A stretch of DNA of 64,000 bases from an uncultured delta proteobacterium (GCA_963816145.1 CAWFJP010000011.1:384001-448000), one strand, 5' to 3'; shown: positions 38,467 to 48,673, counted from the first letter of the stretch. Made by a program: numbers and translations. Notes: a model not told the origin generated them from the sequence alone.

Positions 38467-39969
38467 CAGTGGATTGCACTGTTGACGTTTTCAGCCGCCG
38501 CCTGGAAATGTGCCGTGCGCGATCAGTGGATCGGCTGGGACTTGCACCATCAGTACGACTACGACCGTTTAAAACTGATCGCCAACAACAGCCGGTTTTT
38601 AATCCTCCCCGATTGGCACCACCGTAATCTCGGCTCCAAGATTCTATCATTGTGTCACAAGCGGCTGTGCGCCGACTGGCAAGAGCGCTTTGGCCATTCC
38701 TTACTGCTGCTGGAGACCTTCGTCGACCCCCAACGTTTTGTCGGCACGGTCTATCAATCCGCCAACTGGAGCTATCTCGGGCTGACCCGTGGTTATCGGC
38801 GCACCCCTCAGGGCTACAGCAACACCGCTATCGCACCGAAAAAAGTCTTCGTTAAGTCCTTACACCAACAGGCCCGCTCCCTGCTCGCTGCCTGCGTCTT
38901 GCCAGTTCCGTATCGCCAAGGAGTTGTGAAAATGAAACTCACCGCGCAACAGATGCTCTCGCTTTGGGACTTCTTTGCCGATATCCCCGATCCGCGCCGC
39001 GCCCAAGGACGACGCCATTCGCTCGCTTGCGTCCTGGCCATTGTTTGTGCCGCTACTCTGTGTGGCATGCGCGGCTATAAGGCCATCGCCGACTGGGCCC
39101 ACAGCCTCTCGCCTCGGGCCCGCCAGAGATTTCGCTGCCGTTACGTGAACGGACTATACCTCGTCCCCAGCGAGTCGATCATCCGCGATGTCATGATCCG
39201 GGTGGCTCCCAGCGATCTCGAAAAAGCTCTAAACCGTTACAATCAAGCCTTTGCTCAACAGGACTCTACCCTCGCTATCGACGGCAAAACCATGCGCAAC
39301 GCCCTTGATCACAACGACCATCAAACTCACGTCATGAGCGTGGTCGGCCACCACTCCAAGATCTGCTACACCCAAAAAAAGTCGGCTCGCTGCCCGCCCA
39401 TGGCGACACCTCTGAGCTAAAACAAACCAACGAGATCGGCATGGCCATTCCACTCCTCGATGACCTCGATCTGTGTGGCAAAGACTTAACCGCCGATGCC
39501 CTTCTCACCCAACGTAAACTCGCCGACTACTTGGTCCGCACCCGCAAAGCCCACTACCACTTCACGGTTAAAGCCAATCAGCCCTCGCTCCTTGACGATC
39601 TCGTGCTGTTCTTCAACGATCGCCATCAACCCCAGTTTGTCATGCACGACCCGCCCGATCATGGCCGCATTGAAACTCGGCAAATCTGGACCACCACTGA
39701 ACTCAACGCTTATCTCAACTTCCCTCACCTCGGCCAAGCCTTTGCCATCGAACGGATTACCCTCAACAAAAAAACCGGCAAGACTTCCCGTGAAATCGCC
39801 TACGGTATTACCAGCCGTTCTCCTGGGCAGGCCTCGCCCCAGCGCTTGCTCGAAATCAACCGGGGCCATTGGACCATCGAAAACTGCTGCCACTACGTTC
39901 TCGATTGGGCCTTCGATGAGGACCGCTGTCGCATTCGCACCGGCTACGGCCCTGAGAATATTTCACGCG
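38467..39969 (+). mobile_element. DUF4338 (DruA-like) domain fused to an ISAs1-family transposase; -1 frameshift site; truncated at both ends
   Basis: RDQWIGW, NNSRFLIL, LLETFVD, GTVYQSANW, then DPRRAQGRRH, IDGKT; after A_AAA_AAG (39375-39381) the -1 frame gives TNEI, TADALLTQ, VKANQ, HGRIETR, HWTIEN, HYVLDWAFDED. Confidence 0.85.
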
Positions 39970-39980
39970 TGTGCGATCAA

Positions 39981-40308
39981 TTACTTTTTCTTGAGTTGAC
40001 TTTGAATCGCCCGCTTCGCCCAGACGCAAAGTTCGTCGGGGTCTTCGAGAACCTCCACCGGCACCTGGTAATAACTCTTGAGCGTCTGCTTGGCGTTGGG
40101 CCGGAACGGTTTCATCTCTGTGCTTGCGGTATGCTCCGACGGTCGAATCGTCGACCTTGAAGAACAGCTTGCCCTTGTGGACGATGCCGAAGAAGGTCTC
40201 GTCTAGGTAAAGACCAAATCCGCCGAACATGCGCCGCGCCTCGACAGCAGCCAGATGCGTGAGCTGGTCGAGAATGAAATCTTTGAACGATTCATCCTTC
40301 CGATTCAT
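39981..40308 (-). CDS. TfoX/Sxy N-terminal domain protein (one extra base near 40115)
   Basis: RRMFGGFGLY...LFFKVD; after +1 shift KPFRP...SYYQVPVEVLEDPDELCVWAKRA then TAA. Confidence 0.85.
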
Positions 40309-40327
40309 TGTCCCCGAACTCTCCGGT

Positions 40328-40370
40328 CTGAACATTTTGAACGACTTGAACTATTTGAACGTTTTGAACG
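40328..40370. repeat. Degenerate 9-nt tandem repeat (TTGAACNNN x4)
   Basis: ctgaacattttgaacgacttgaactatttgaacgttttgaacg. Confidence 0.65.
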
Positions 40371-40373
40371 AGT

Positions 40374-41234
40374 CTAACCAAGGGCCAGCGCCACAATCCC
40401 CAACACCATGGCGCTCGCTGCCGCAAGCCGCCGCCGCGCATCGCCTTCGGCGAGCAAGCGCGCGCCCATCAGCGTGCCGATGAGGATGGCGATCTCGCGC
40501 GCCGGCGCGACGTAGCTCACCGGCGTAAAGCTCATGGCGGTCAACACCAGAATATACGAGAGCGGGATCAGAATGGCGATCGAGATCGCTTCCCATTTAT
40601 GCTCGCGCCATTCGATCACGGCTTCCTCGGAATAGCGCAGCGCGAAGGGGGTCAATAGAATGGCCCGCCCGACATTGGCGCCCCAGTCCAAAACCATCGG
40701 CACGATGGCAAAATGGCTAACCGCCTGCTTGTCCCACAAGGTGTAAGCCGCGATGAAGATTCCGGTGATCAGCGCATAGCCGACCGCGTCGCGATGGCCG
40801 CCTTGGCGCAGCCGCGCGATGTTGCCGGTCAATATCATCACGCCCCCGGTGATCGACAGCGCTCCGGCGACGGCAATCGGCGACGGTCTTTCACCGAGAA
40901 AAATAATTGCCGCGAGACTCGACAGCAGCGGCCCGGTGCCGCGCGCCAGCGGATAGACCAGCGACAAGTCGCCGACCCGATATCCTTGATTGAGCAAGAG
41001 GAAATAGGCGGTGTGCAGCGCCGCGCTGCCGGCCATCATGCCGATCTCGACGGGAGTGAATCGAATCTGCCAAATCTCGATGATCGCAATCGTCGCCGGC
41101 GCGTAGAACAGCGCCGACAGCAAGGCGACGATCCAGGTGAACGTGCCGTGGCCGCCCGCCTGCTTGTTGAGCAGATTCCAGGTCGCGTGGATCACCGCCG
41201 CGGCGAGAATCAGCGTGAGCGCCAGACCGTTCAT
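40374..41234 (-). CDS. EamA/DMT family transporter
   Basis: About 10 TM helices; HATWNLL, GDLSLVYPLARG, LGE, VAPARE. Confidence 0.9.
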   Translation of the reverse strand: MNGLALTLILAAAVIHATWNLLNKQAGGHGTFTWIVALLSALFYAPATIAIIEIWQIRFTPVEIGMMAGSAALHTAYFLLLNQGYRVGDLSLVYPLARGTGPLLSSLAAIIFLGERPSPIAVAGALSITGGVMILTGNIARLRQGGHRDAVGYALITGIFIAAYTLWDKQAVSHFAIVPMVLDWGANVGRAILLTPFALRYSEEAVIEWREHKWEAISIAILIPLSYILVLTAMSFTPVSYVAPAREIAILIGTLMGARLLAEGDARRRLAAASAMVLGIVALALG

Positions 41235-41263
41235 GAGTTCGCCAGAGTACGCGAAGCGCAGCG

Positions 41264-41734
41264 TCAGTCAACGACAGCAATGACGTCGCCGATTCGAATC
41301 ACGCCGCCCTTCACGATCTCGGCACGCAGCCCGCCGCGGTGAATCAGCCCCGGCGCCGCCCCTTTCGTAGTAAGCTTTTCCAAATGCAAGCAGGGCTCGC
41401 ACAAGCGCATGCCGCGCAAGACCACGGCGCCGACGGCAAAGATTTTGCCGACCAGATGATTCAAAGCGACGCCGCGAGTCACTAGGTTGCGGCGCGCCAA
41501 ACCCGCAGCCAGATGCACATCGTATTCGCGCGCCAGAGCTTCGATCGCTTCGATTTCAATGAGCGTGATGGCACGGCCGGTGCCGGGATGATTCGAGTAA
41601 GTGCCGGTTTGCGTGAAATAGCGGTCGCCCTCGAGTCCACGGCCCGGGACGCCAGTGACGGCGGAAACGCTCTGCATCGGCGCAGCCCCATGGCCGGCGA
41701 TATGCAACGAGACAACCAAAGCTTGCTGCGGCAT
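41264..41734 (-). CDS. MOSC domain protein
   Basis: GLEGDRY, RRNLVTRG, CEPC, RGGLRAEI, IRIGD. Confidence 0.9.
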   Translation of the reverse strand: MPQQALVVSLHIAGHGAAPMQSVSAVTGVPGRGLEGDRYFTQTGTYSNHPGTGRAITLIEIEAIEALAREYDVHLAAGLARRNLVTRGVALNHLVGKIFAVGAVVLRGMRLCEPCLHLEKLTTKGAAPGLIHRGGLRAEIVKGGVIRIGDVIAVVD

Positions 41735-41745
41735 GATTCCGGCGA

Positions 41746-43386
41746 TCAGACCGTGACCTTGTCCCGCGCTTCCAAAACTTTGTCGACAACGCTTTCAACG
41801 TTTTCCTCGTCGGTGAAAGGCGAGAGAATAAACGATTTCAACGCCGTCACCGGTTCGCCGTAGCTGCTTTCCCGGTAGGAGTCGGTGAGCGAGATCACCA
41901 CACCGCGGCCGGCCATCGCTTCGTCGTGAACGTAGTCGAAGATCTTTCGGTTATAAGCGTTGTGACGCACCAAGATGTCGCGATATTTTTCGTCGTCAAT
42001 CTCCTGGTCTTTGATTGAGAACGTATCGACACCGTCAGGGTAAGCACGGAATAGAGTTACCGTGCCGAAGTTATCGCGGTTGAGCACCGCGGTGGCCGCG
42101 TGGCCTTCGAGATGTTCGCGCAGAAGCTGGGTCATCTCGACGATGTGGCCGACCATGACGCGCAAACCTTCCTTGCCGAGCAGTTTCAAATTGGCCAAAG
42201 CCGTCAGCGCGCCCATGCCGCCGCGCGAGGTTTCGAGCGTGAACATGCCGGGACGGTGCTCGCCGAACTGATACAGATAAGGCATCTGCTCGTGGCTGCG
42301 CATCAACAAGCGCAGATCGTCCCGTTCTTTGAACAGCACCAGGCTCGATATATACGACGTGAAGCCAGTCTTGTGAAAGTCGATACCGATGGAGTCGGCT
42401 AGATGCAAATGGCGAATGCGCTGGCAGGCGCCGGCTAGCGCGCGCACCGTGCGCGGGCGAAATTCCAACGGGTTGTTTTCAAAATCGTAGTCAGCGAAGG
42501 CGTTCCAAGCCCAGCCGATCACCGCGTCGGCGTGCACATGAGGACGGTAAGGCAGATTGAATTCGCTGACCAGCTCGTCACGCAAATTGACCACGGCTGC
42601 GAGATCGTCGATGCCGAAAGCATCCGTGGTGCCCATGGTCGCTATGAAGGCCGCGATCGGCCAGCCGCTTTGCAAAGCGGCTCGTGCATGGTCGCGCAGC
42701 ACATCGATCTTGATCGCGTTGCGCGAGTCGGTGGGAATCGTAATGATATTCTTCGCACCTAGGCCGAGCCAACCAGCGACGTTGTAACGGCAGTAATGGC
42801 TACAGTCGCTGGCAAACATCACCGCCCCTGCGCCGACGCCGTTCTGCATCGCGCCAGGCACCGCTTTCTCCAGACCAACCTTGACACCATAGAGAGTCGT
42901 GGCCGTGCCGCCGAAAGTAAAGACGCCGGAAGCGCGCTGGGGATCGTAACCCATGAGCGTCGCGGTCATCGCCACCGCCTCAACCTCGGCGAGGGCGACT
43001 TTATGGCTGTATTCGTCCCAGGCCAGATTGGGATTGTAGAGTCCGGTCAAAACGGTCGCGATCAGCGACGAGATCGACGGCGGCGGCACGACATTGATCT
43101 GCGTGCGCGGGTGGCCCCAGATGGTCAACCCTTTGAAATAGTCGACCAAGTTCGCCGTCACGTCTTCCACTGTCGACGAATATTCCGGCAATCGCGCCGA
43201 TTGTGCCGCGCCGTAATCCAGCGGTTCCCGCGGTCCGAGCACCGGCACTTCGCTCTTTAAGCCGTCGACCATATCCAAGGCACGCATGATGCTATGAACG
43301 AAATAAGAATCATGCACACGGTCGGATACCGGTTGCGGGAAAGCCAGCCGAATCTTGTCTAACTTTCCTCGGTAGGCTGTCGCCAT
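41746..43386 (-). CDS. Group II PLP-dependent decarboxylase
   Basis: FTFGGT, MGTT..FGID, HADAVIG, DSIGIDFHK (PLP lysine). Confidence 0.9.
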   Translation of the reverse strand: MATAYRGKLDKIRLAFPQPVSDRVHDSYFVHSIMRALDMVDGLKSEVPVLGPREPLDYGAAQSARLPEYSSTVEDVTANLVDYFKGLTIWGHPRTQINVVPPPSISSLIATVLTGLYNPNLAWDEYSHKVALAEVEAVAMTATLMGYDPQRASGVFTFGGTATTLYGVKVGLEKAVPGAMQNGVGAGAVMFASDCSHYCRYNVAGWLGLGAKNIITIPTDSRNAIKIDVLRDHARAALQSGWPIAAFIATMGTTDAFGIDDLAAVVNLRDELVSEFNLPYRPHVHADAVIGWAWNAFADYDFENNPLEFRPRTVRALAGACQRIRHLHLADSIGIDFHKTGFTSYISSLVLFKERDDLRLLMRSHEQMPYLYQFGEHRPGMFTLETSRGGMGALTALANLKLLGKEGLRVMVGHIVEMTQLLREHLEGHAATAVLNRDNFGTVTLFRAYPDGVDTFSIKDQEIDDEKYRDILVRHNAYNRKIFDYVHDEAMAGRGVVISLTDSYRESSYGEPVTALKSFILSPFTDEENVESVVDKVLEARDKVTV

Positions 43387-43394
43387 GATTTCTC

Positions 43395-44255
43395 CTAGCC
43401 GCGCTTTTTACTCACCAGCGCATTGATCTCGGGAGTTTGCACGCCGTCATTCAGCAAACTGCAGGTGCCTTTTTCGAGTATCTCCTGGGCCAGCTTCTTC
43501 GCGCCGGTGATCGCCGCCTTCATGAAACCCGAGCCATAACTCACCCGGGCGACGCCGAGATCTTGCAGTTCGCTGACGCTGGGGGACTGCGGCCCGGCGA
43601 GTATACTGATCGGCGCTTTCACCTCTTTCGCTATACGCCCAATAATTTCCGCCGAATGAAGGAACAGGTAAAAGATGCAGTCGCCGCCCGCTTCGGCGTA
43701 GGCGTTGCCGCGATGAATCGCTTCTTCGAGCGCCTTCTTCGGATCGTCGGGCATGACGTGGAAAGAGTCGACCCGCGCGTTGAGAAAAAATTCGCTGCCG
43801 AGCTCTCGCTTGGTTTCCATGACCGCTTTGATTTTTCGCAGTTGCTGAGATAGCTCGACCAACCCGCCCTTGCCCTTCTCCGCGCCGTCTTCGAGGTTCA
43901 TGCCGGCGACGCCGCGCGCGATCAACGCGCGCACCGTGTCGCGGACGCCGTTCTCGTCGCCGTAACCTCTTTCACCGTCGGCATTGAAAGGCACGCTCAC
44001 CGCCGCCGCGAAGTTGCCACTGAGCTCGATAAACTGCTCACGGCTCATCGCCTCGCCGTCGGGATAACCCAACGCCGCGGCGATGCCGCCGCTGGTGCCT
44101 TGAATCGCTTGAAAGCCCAACTGCTGGAAGAGCAGCGCACTCAAGACGTCATAAGCGCCAGGCATGACGAGAATCTCCGGCGCACGGACCAGCTCGCGCA
44201 AACGCGCACTCTTGACATTAGTCGCGGTCAAAATAGCTGCGGGTATCGGTTCCAT
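43395..44255 (-). CDS. Isocitrate lyase/PEP mutase superfamily protein
   Basis: PGAYDVLSA, TSGG, GYPDG, ADGERGYG, NLEDG, NARVD, AGGDC; ATG at 44255 with GGAGG RBS. Confidence 0.88.
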   Translation of the reverse strand: MEPIPAAILTATNVKSARLRELVRAPEILVMPGAYDVLSALLFQQLGFQAIQGTSGGIAAALGYPDGEAMSREQFIELSGNFAAAVSVPFNADGERGYGDENGVRDTVRALIARGVAGMNLEDGAEKGKGGLVELSQQLRKIKAVMETKRELGSEFFLNARVDSFHVMPDDPKKALEEAIHRGNAYAEAGGDCIFYLFLHSAEIIGRIAKEVKAPISILAGPQSPSVSELQDLGVARVSYGSGFMKAAITGAKKLAQEILEKGTCSLLNDGVQTPEINALVSKKRG

Positions 44256-44460
44256 ATCGGCCTCCTCACCATTAGAGCTGTGTTTGGTCTCCGCATGGTA
44301 AAGCCGATGGTCCGATGGATGCAAGAGAACCGGGCAGTGAACAAGAGAAAAGAATGAATCTTGCGACGATTGGAGCTTCGGTGAGACTGTAGCAGCGGTA
44401 GCGGCGGGGAGATTTACGGATAGTGGTTCAGTTTGAGGCGGGCACAAATCTTCATGAGAC

Positions 44461-44529
44461 AGATTTCTCGCTGCGCTCGAGATGACAGCAGAACAGTCGC
44501 GTTGTCATCTCGAACGAAGTGAGAGATCT
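44461..44529. repeat. REP-like palindrome (GTCATCTCGAACGAAGTGAGAGATCT family)
   Basis: agatttctcgctgcgctcgagatgaca ... tgtcatctcgaacgaagtgagagatct; half copies at 46690-46715 and ~63970-63998. Confidence 0.8.
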
Positions 44530-44633
44530 CGGTCTAACTGAACCACTACGGATTTACGCGATGCGTTCAAACCCTCGCAGTCCCCCGAACCCCGTCAAGC
44601 CAAGTATGATCTTAATCCGAGTATCGAATCTAT

Positions 44634-44663
44634 CTGTTGCCTGTTGCCTACTGCCTATTGCCT
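44634..44663. repeat. Degenerate 7-nt tandem repeat (CT(G/A)(T/C)TGC x4)
   Basis: ctgttgc ctgttgc ctactgc ctattgc ct. Confidence 0.7.
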
Positions 44664-44668
44664 TCTTC

Positions 44669-45685
44669 TCACCCATTGATCGGCGTGACATATTCTTTTC
44701 TGATAAAGCCGGTCACACCGCCCTGGGCGGTTCGCACTTTGAGCCAGTCGCCGCGGTTTTCCAGAATACTTAGCTGCGTCGCTTCTTCCACCTCACGCAC
44801 GCTGTTGGCCGAATAGCGTGGGTTATCGCGGATTGCCAGTTGGCGGTTCGCTATGACAACGGGGAGAGGTTTCGCCTCGGCTTTCGGTTTGGGCGCGGGC
44901 GTGGCTGTAGCAGTAGCTATGGGCTTACGAGAGGTCGGCGGCGCCACCGGCGTAGCCGCTACGGCTTTCTGGTTTTCTTCAATTGTTCTCGGTGGCGCCG
45001 CGGGCAACAGCCTTTCGGGGCTGTTGTTGCGCGGCCCGCTGTGGACCTTGCGCTCCCACTGCACGATCATTTCCGGATCCATCCCTTTGGGAATAAACAA
45101 CAGGGGCACGGTGATCTCGGCCGCCTCGCTGCCGCTGTTGGGGAATTTCCACTCGCGCACATCGTCTATCACGGTTTTGATGAAGCTCGAGTCGTTGACC
45201 TGGGTATTCACCGGTTCGACGCGCACCACATTACCGGACGAATCGACAAAGAGTTTCAGAGAAACGCTGCCCATCAGTTCTTGATTGCGTTCGGACCAGC
45301 TGTTGAAGGTGTGATGCAATCTGGCGAGATGTTCCATCGCAGCTTGCTCGAAGAGCTCTTTGGTCGTGGGCGACGAACTTTTCGAGCGCACGCTGAGTCC
45401 CGCAGTATCGACAGCCAAAACCGAGCTTTGGGTCTTCGCCGCCCGTTCCGTTTCGACTAACGATTGGAGTTTCTCCCAGAGTTTTTCGTCGCCCGCCATC
45501 AGGCCCAAAAGGGGCATCGCCAATATGCCGGTCATGGCGATGGTCATGGCACGAATTTTCGCTGTCTGTCGGACCATATTCGGCGTCCGGGAATCGGCCG
45601 CCGCCACATCGGGGATCGAAACGATGGCATCTTCACTGAGTTCCACGACCGGTTTGCTTAGGTAGAGTTCGATGGCCTGTTCCAT
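44669..45685 (-). CDS. Membrane-anchored protein with TonB-C/AgmX-like domain, Pro-rich linker and C-terminal SH3b domain
   Basis: TM segment; GSVSLKLFVDSSGNV...VREWKFP...ITVPLLF; IRDNP...GDWLKVRT..GVTGFI; GGAGG RBS. Confidence 0.7.
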   Translation of the reverse strand: MEQAIELYLSKPVVELSEDAIVSIPDVAAADSRTPNMVRQTAKIRAMTIAMTGILAMPLLGLMAGDEKLWEKLQSLVETERAAKTQSSVLAVDTAGLSVRSKSSSPTTKELFEQAAMEHLARLHHTFNSWSERNQELMGSVSLKLFVDSSGNVVRVEPVNTQVNDSSFIKTVIDDVREWKFPNSGSEAAEITVPLLFIPKGMDPEMIVQWERKVHSGPRNNSPERLLPAAPPRTIEENQKAVAATPVAPPTSRKPIATATATPAPKPKAEAKPLPVVIANRQLAIRDNPRYSANSVREVEEATQLSILENRGDWLKVRTAQGGVTGFIRKEYVTPING

Positions 45686-46037
45686 ATGTCCCTCCAATTT
45701 CCCACCTCGACCGCTTGAGCCCGCTGCGTTCAAATGACGCGCTCCCGGTAAGTTTGCGACTGCCGGCGACCGTTGTGAGTAGTTAGGAAACCTCGCGATT
45801 GAATTGTCATGCACACAAGATAGCAACGGCGAGGCCAATTGGGCCTCGGTGGGACTAGTAAGAAATGAGCAATACCGAAAACTCTACGGATCGTTGACGG
45901 ACCGAAATGAACCGTCACCGGGAGAAACTGAACAAGCGGAGAAGCAATCGTGGAGCAATTTGGTGTGACCGAGGAATTTCTACCGCAGACTAAACTCGCT
46001 AGAGCTTGGCATTGACAAACGCTTCAGACTTCATCTT

Positions 46038-46592
46038 TTACGTCGGAGAAAACTTCTTTGCATCCCCCGGCTGATGCTTCTTCACCGACGCTTTGCTCCG
46101 GGGCATTCCGGCTAACTGCGGCCTGCGCCAAATCATTTTCCGATGCGCGATGCCGGCCTCGTCGAAGACCGGCCCGACGGCGTGAAAGTTCATGCGCTGG
46201 TAGAATCCGACCACAGCGACTTGCGCATGCAGGTAAATCTTGCGCGCTTTCATTCGCCGCGCCGCCGCGATCGCGTGCGCGAGCAACTTCGCCCCGACAC
46301 CTCTGCGCCGATAGCTTTTTAGCACCGCCATACGGCCGATCTTAGCCGCGCCATGATGTAACACGACCCTTGCCGTCCCAACGGCCCTAGTGCCGACGGT
46401 GGCAAGAAAATGCGCGGCCCGGCGATCGTCGTCATCCAGCTCGATGGCTCGCGGCACGCTCTGCTCTTTGACGAATACCCGGATACGGATAGCGAAGGCA
46501 CGTGCGAGTTCTGCCTCGCTCGAGATTCGCTTTACCGTCACTCCCGGCAGTTTCTTAGAACGCATTTTCACTTTTAGGTTTCGCTTGGCCAT
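46038..46592 (-). CDS. GNAT acetyltransferase (ElaA/YjcF-like)
   Basis: IRIRVFVKEQ, IGRMAV..YRRRGVG, LHAQ, FDEAGIAH. Confidence 0.9.
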   Translation of the reverse strand: MAKRNLKVKMRSKKLPGVTVKRISSEAELARAFAIRIRVFVKEQSVPRAIELDDDDRRAAHFLATVGTRAVGTARVVLHHGAAKIGRMAVLKSYRRRGVGAKLLAHAIAAARRMKARKIYLHAQVAVVGFYQRMNFHAVGPVFDEAGIAHRKMIWRRPQLAGMPRSKASVKKHQPGDAKKFSPT

Positions 46593-46833
46593 TTGCCCTG
46601 CTTGTCTGACGCCAGTTATTTTTCACCTTGGCAGTGCTTAACTTCGGAAAGACCCGACAATTCATCTGGGATGGCTGTCACTCAAAATTTGTCATTTCGA
46701 GCGAAGTGAGAAATCGATTCGGCTCGGTATTATAGGACGGCTATGAGACCGAACCACGACTTTCATTCCCATGATGTTGACACTGCCTGAAGTTCTCAGA
46801 TATTTACACTAGAGAAAAGGGGATATCACCACC

Positions 46834-47154
46834 ATGAAACAAACCTGTTTTGTCTGCCAAAATGTCGATTGCCTGAGCCGCGGCTCGGAAGCGCTGATGA
46901 AAGAACTCACCGATATGGTCGCCGCCAAAGCGGTCGATGCCGAAGTCAAACCCTATATCTGCTTCGGCGGCTGCGACTTCGGCCCCAACGTCGTCGTACA
47001 CCCGCAAAAAAACTGGTACGCCGGAGTTAAGAAAGAAGATCTACCGGAGATCGTCAACTCACTCGCTGACGGCCCCGCGGTCACCCGCCTCGACACCATC
47101 GACCCAGCGCTCAAAGATATCGTATATTCGCTGCTCGACGCCGGCGTCGCCTGA
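46834..47154 (+). CDS. Thioredoxin-like [2Fe-2S] ferredoxin
   Basis: CQNVDC...CFGGCDFGPNVVVHP..WY. Confidence 0.88.
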   Translation: MKQTCFVCQNVDCLSRGSEALMKELTDMVAAKAVDAEVKPYICFGGCDFGPNVVVHPQKNWYAGVKKEDLPEIVNSLADGPAVTRLDTIDPALKDIVYSLLDAGVA

Positions 47155-47481
47155 ACCATAGAATGGCTCGGACGGCCAACAGAATCCCGGCGCGGCAATG
47201 GACCGATCGACCGCGTCGCCCCATTTACGCCGACCGCGGCCGATGATTGCGATTGCGCAGGTGCTGCTGCCGGAAAGATTCGACAGCACTAACATCGTCA
47301 CCCGGCAGCGTTACCTTCATAGCAGCGTGGGCAGAAACCTGACGCAACTCCGTTTGTCGATGGCCCAGGTGTCGGTTATTTTCGACGGTGGTCAAACATG
47401 TCCAGCATGGCAATCGCACCGGCGTATTTGCCAACCTGACCACCGAACGGCGGCCGGCAGAATCGGTCGAGGAGGGAGCCC

Positions 47482-48534
47482 ATGAAAGTACCGTTCATGA
47501 CTGCGGTTTTTACCGTCACGATTGGCAAACGCTTCAGGCCCGTAATCGTCGCCATCGCTGCACTCGCGGCGATATCGGCGGTCGTTACCTCGAACGCCGC
47601 CGCCCAGGAACGGCTTAAGATCATTTACAGCCAATTCACCATGACCAATTCGGCGACCTGGTTTGCCAAGGAAGCCGGACTCTTCGAGCGCCATGGACTG
47701 AACGCGGAATTGATCTACGTCGACTCTGCCCCCGCGGTACAAGCCCTCACGGCGGGGGCCGCGCCGCTTGCCACCATGTCCGGCGGCTTGGCCGTCGGTC
47801 CCTACTTGAACGGCCTCGACCTGGTCATGCTCGCCGGCTGGTGCAACTTGAATTCGTATCAGTTGATCACCCGCCCCGAGATCCGCCGGCCCGAAGACCT
47901 GCGCGGCAAGATCGTCGCTATCGGCCGGTTCGGCGCCGCCGCTGACTGGGGGCTGCGGCTGATTCTGCGTAAGCTCAACATCAACGAAACTAAAGACGTG
48001 CAGATCATTCAGGCCGGCGGCGGCGGTCCGTCGACGCGCCTCGCCGCCATGGAAGCAAAGAAGGTCGACGCTACGGTGCTCGATTCGCCGCAAACCGTGC
48101 AGGCGCGGCGCATGGGTTTCCGGGTTTTGGCGGACGGTGTGGAATTAGGAATTCCTTTTCTCCAAGGCGGTCTCGTCACCAGGCGCGCGTACGTTAAATC
48201 GAACGAAGACACCGTCCGGCGCATGATCCGCGTCATCGTCGAAGCGATTCATTATGCCAAGACCAATCGCGAAGCGGCGCTGAAGATCATGCAAAAATAT
48301 CTCCGCGTGAACGATCGCGATGCGCTGGAAGACGCCTACGAGTCTTTTGTCATCAAACAATTCCCCCGCGTGCCCTACGCCACACCCGCCGCCGTGCAGG
48401 TCATCTTCGACCTCGCCGCCGCCCGCGACCCGCGCGCCAAAAGCGCCGACCCCCAAGGGTTCATCGACGCCCGCTTCGTCCGCGAGCTCGAGCAGAGCGG
48501 CGCCATCGATCAACTTTACGGGCAGTCGCGCTAA
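47482..48534 (+). CDS. SsuA/NMT1-like ABC substrate-binding protein
   Basis: Signal peptide, AKEAGLFERHGL, EDLRGK, FIDARFVREL. Confidence 0.88.
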   Translation: MKVPFMTAVFTVTIGKRFRPVIVAIAALAAISAVVTSNAAAQERLKIIYSQFTMTNSATWFAKEAGLFERHGLNAELIYVDSAPAVQALTAGAAPLATMSGGLAVGPYLNGLDLVMLAGWCNLNSYQLITRPEIRRPEDLRGKIVAIGRFGAAADWGLRLILRKLNINETKDVQIIQAGGGGPSTRLAAMEAKKVDATVLDSPQTVQARRMGFRVLADGVELGIPFLQGGLVTRRAYVKSNEDTVRRMIRVIVEAIHYAKTNREAALKIMQKYLRVNDRDALEDAYESFVIKQFPRVPYATPAAVQVIFDLAAARDPRAKSADPQGFIDARFVRELEQSGAIDQLYGQSR

Positions 48535-48673
48535 GCCAGTCCCAATCTGGCGATCGCTTAACGCGCATTTTTTCATTGAGATTTGGAAAGCAACACAATC
48601 GGCGTTGTGAAATCAGTTAGAGTCGGGAGAGAGCAAATCAAGAAACTCATCCTAGCCAAAGAGGGAGGTTAAA

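Larger units (their letters stand above)
25993..39975. mobile_element. Accessory/defence island between the DUF983 gene and the tfoX-like gene
   Basis: Type I RM operon, Fic, TA-like pair, gene fragments and two truncated transposases; no integrase or flanking direct repeat recognised; boundaries approximate. Confidence 0.6.

Noticed and set aside
38554-38565. TACGAC tandem duplication in the DUF4338 region (QYDYDRL)
   Set aside because: A single in-frame 6-bp duplication; not a target-site duplication around an insert
38467-38930. Druantia defence system
   Set aside because: Only a DUF4338 domain fused to a transposase; no DruE helicase or other dru genes
41746-44255. Phosphonate biosynthesis cluster (PEP mutase plus decarboxylase)
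   Set aside because: The enzyme has NLEDG rather than the PepM EDKxxxxxNS motif, and the decarboxylase is PLP- not TPP-dependent
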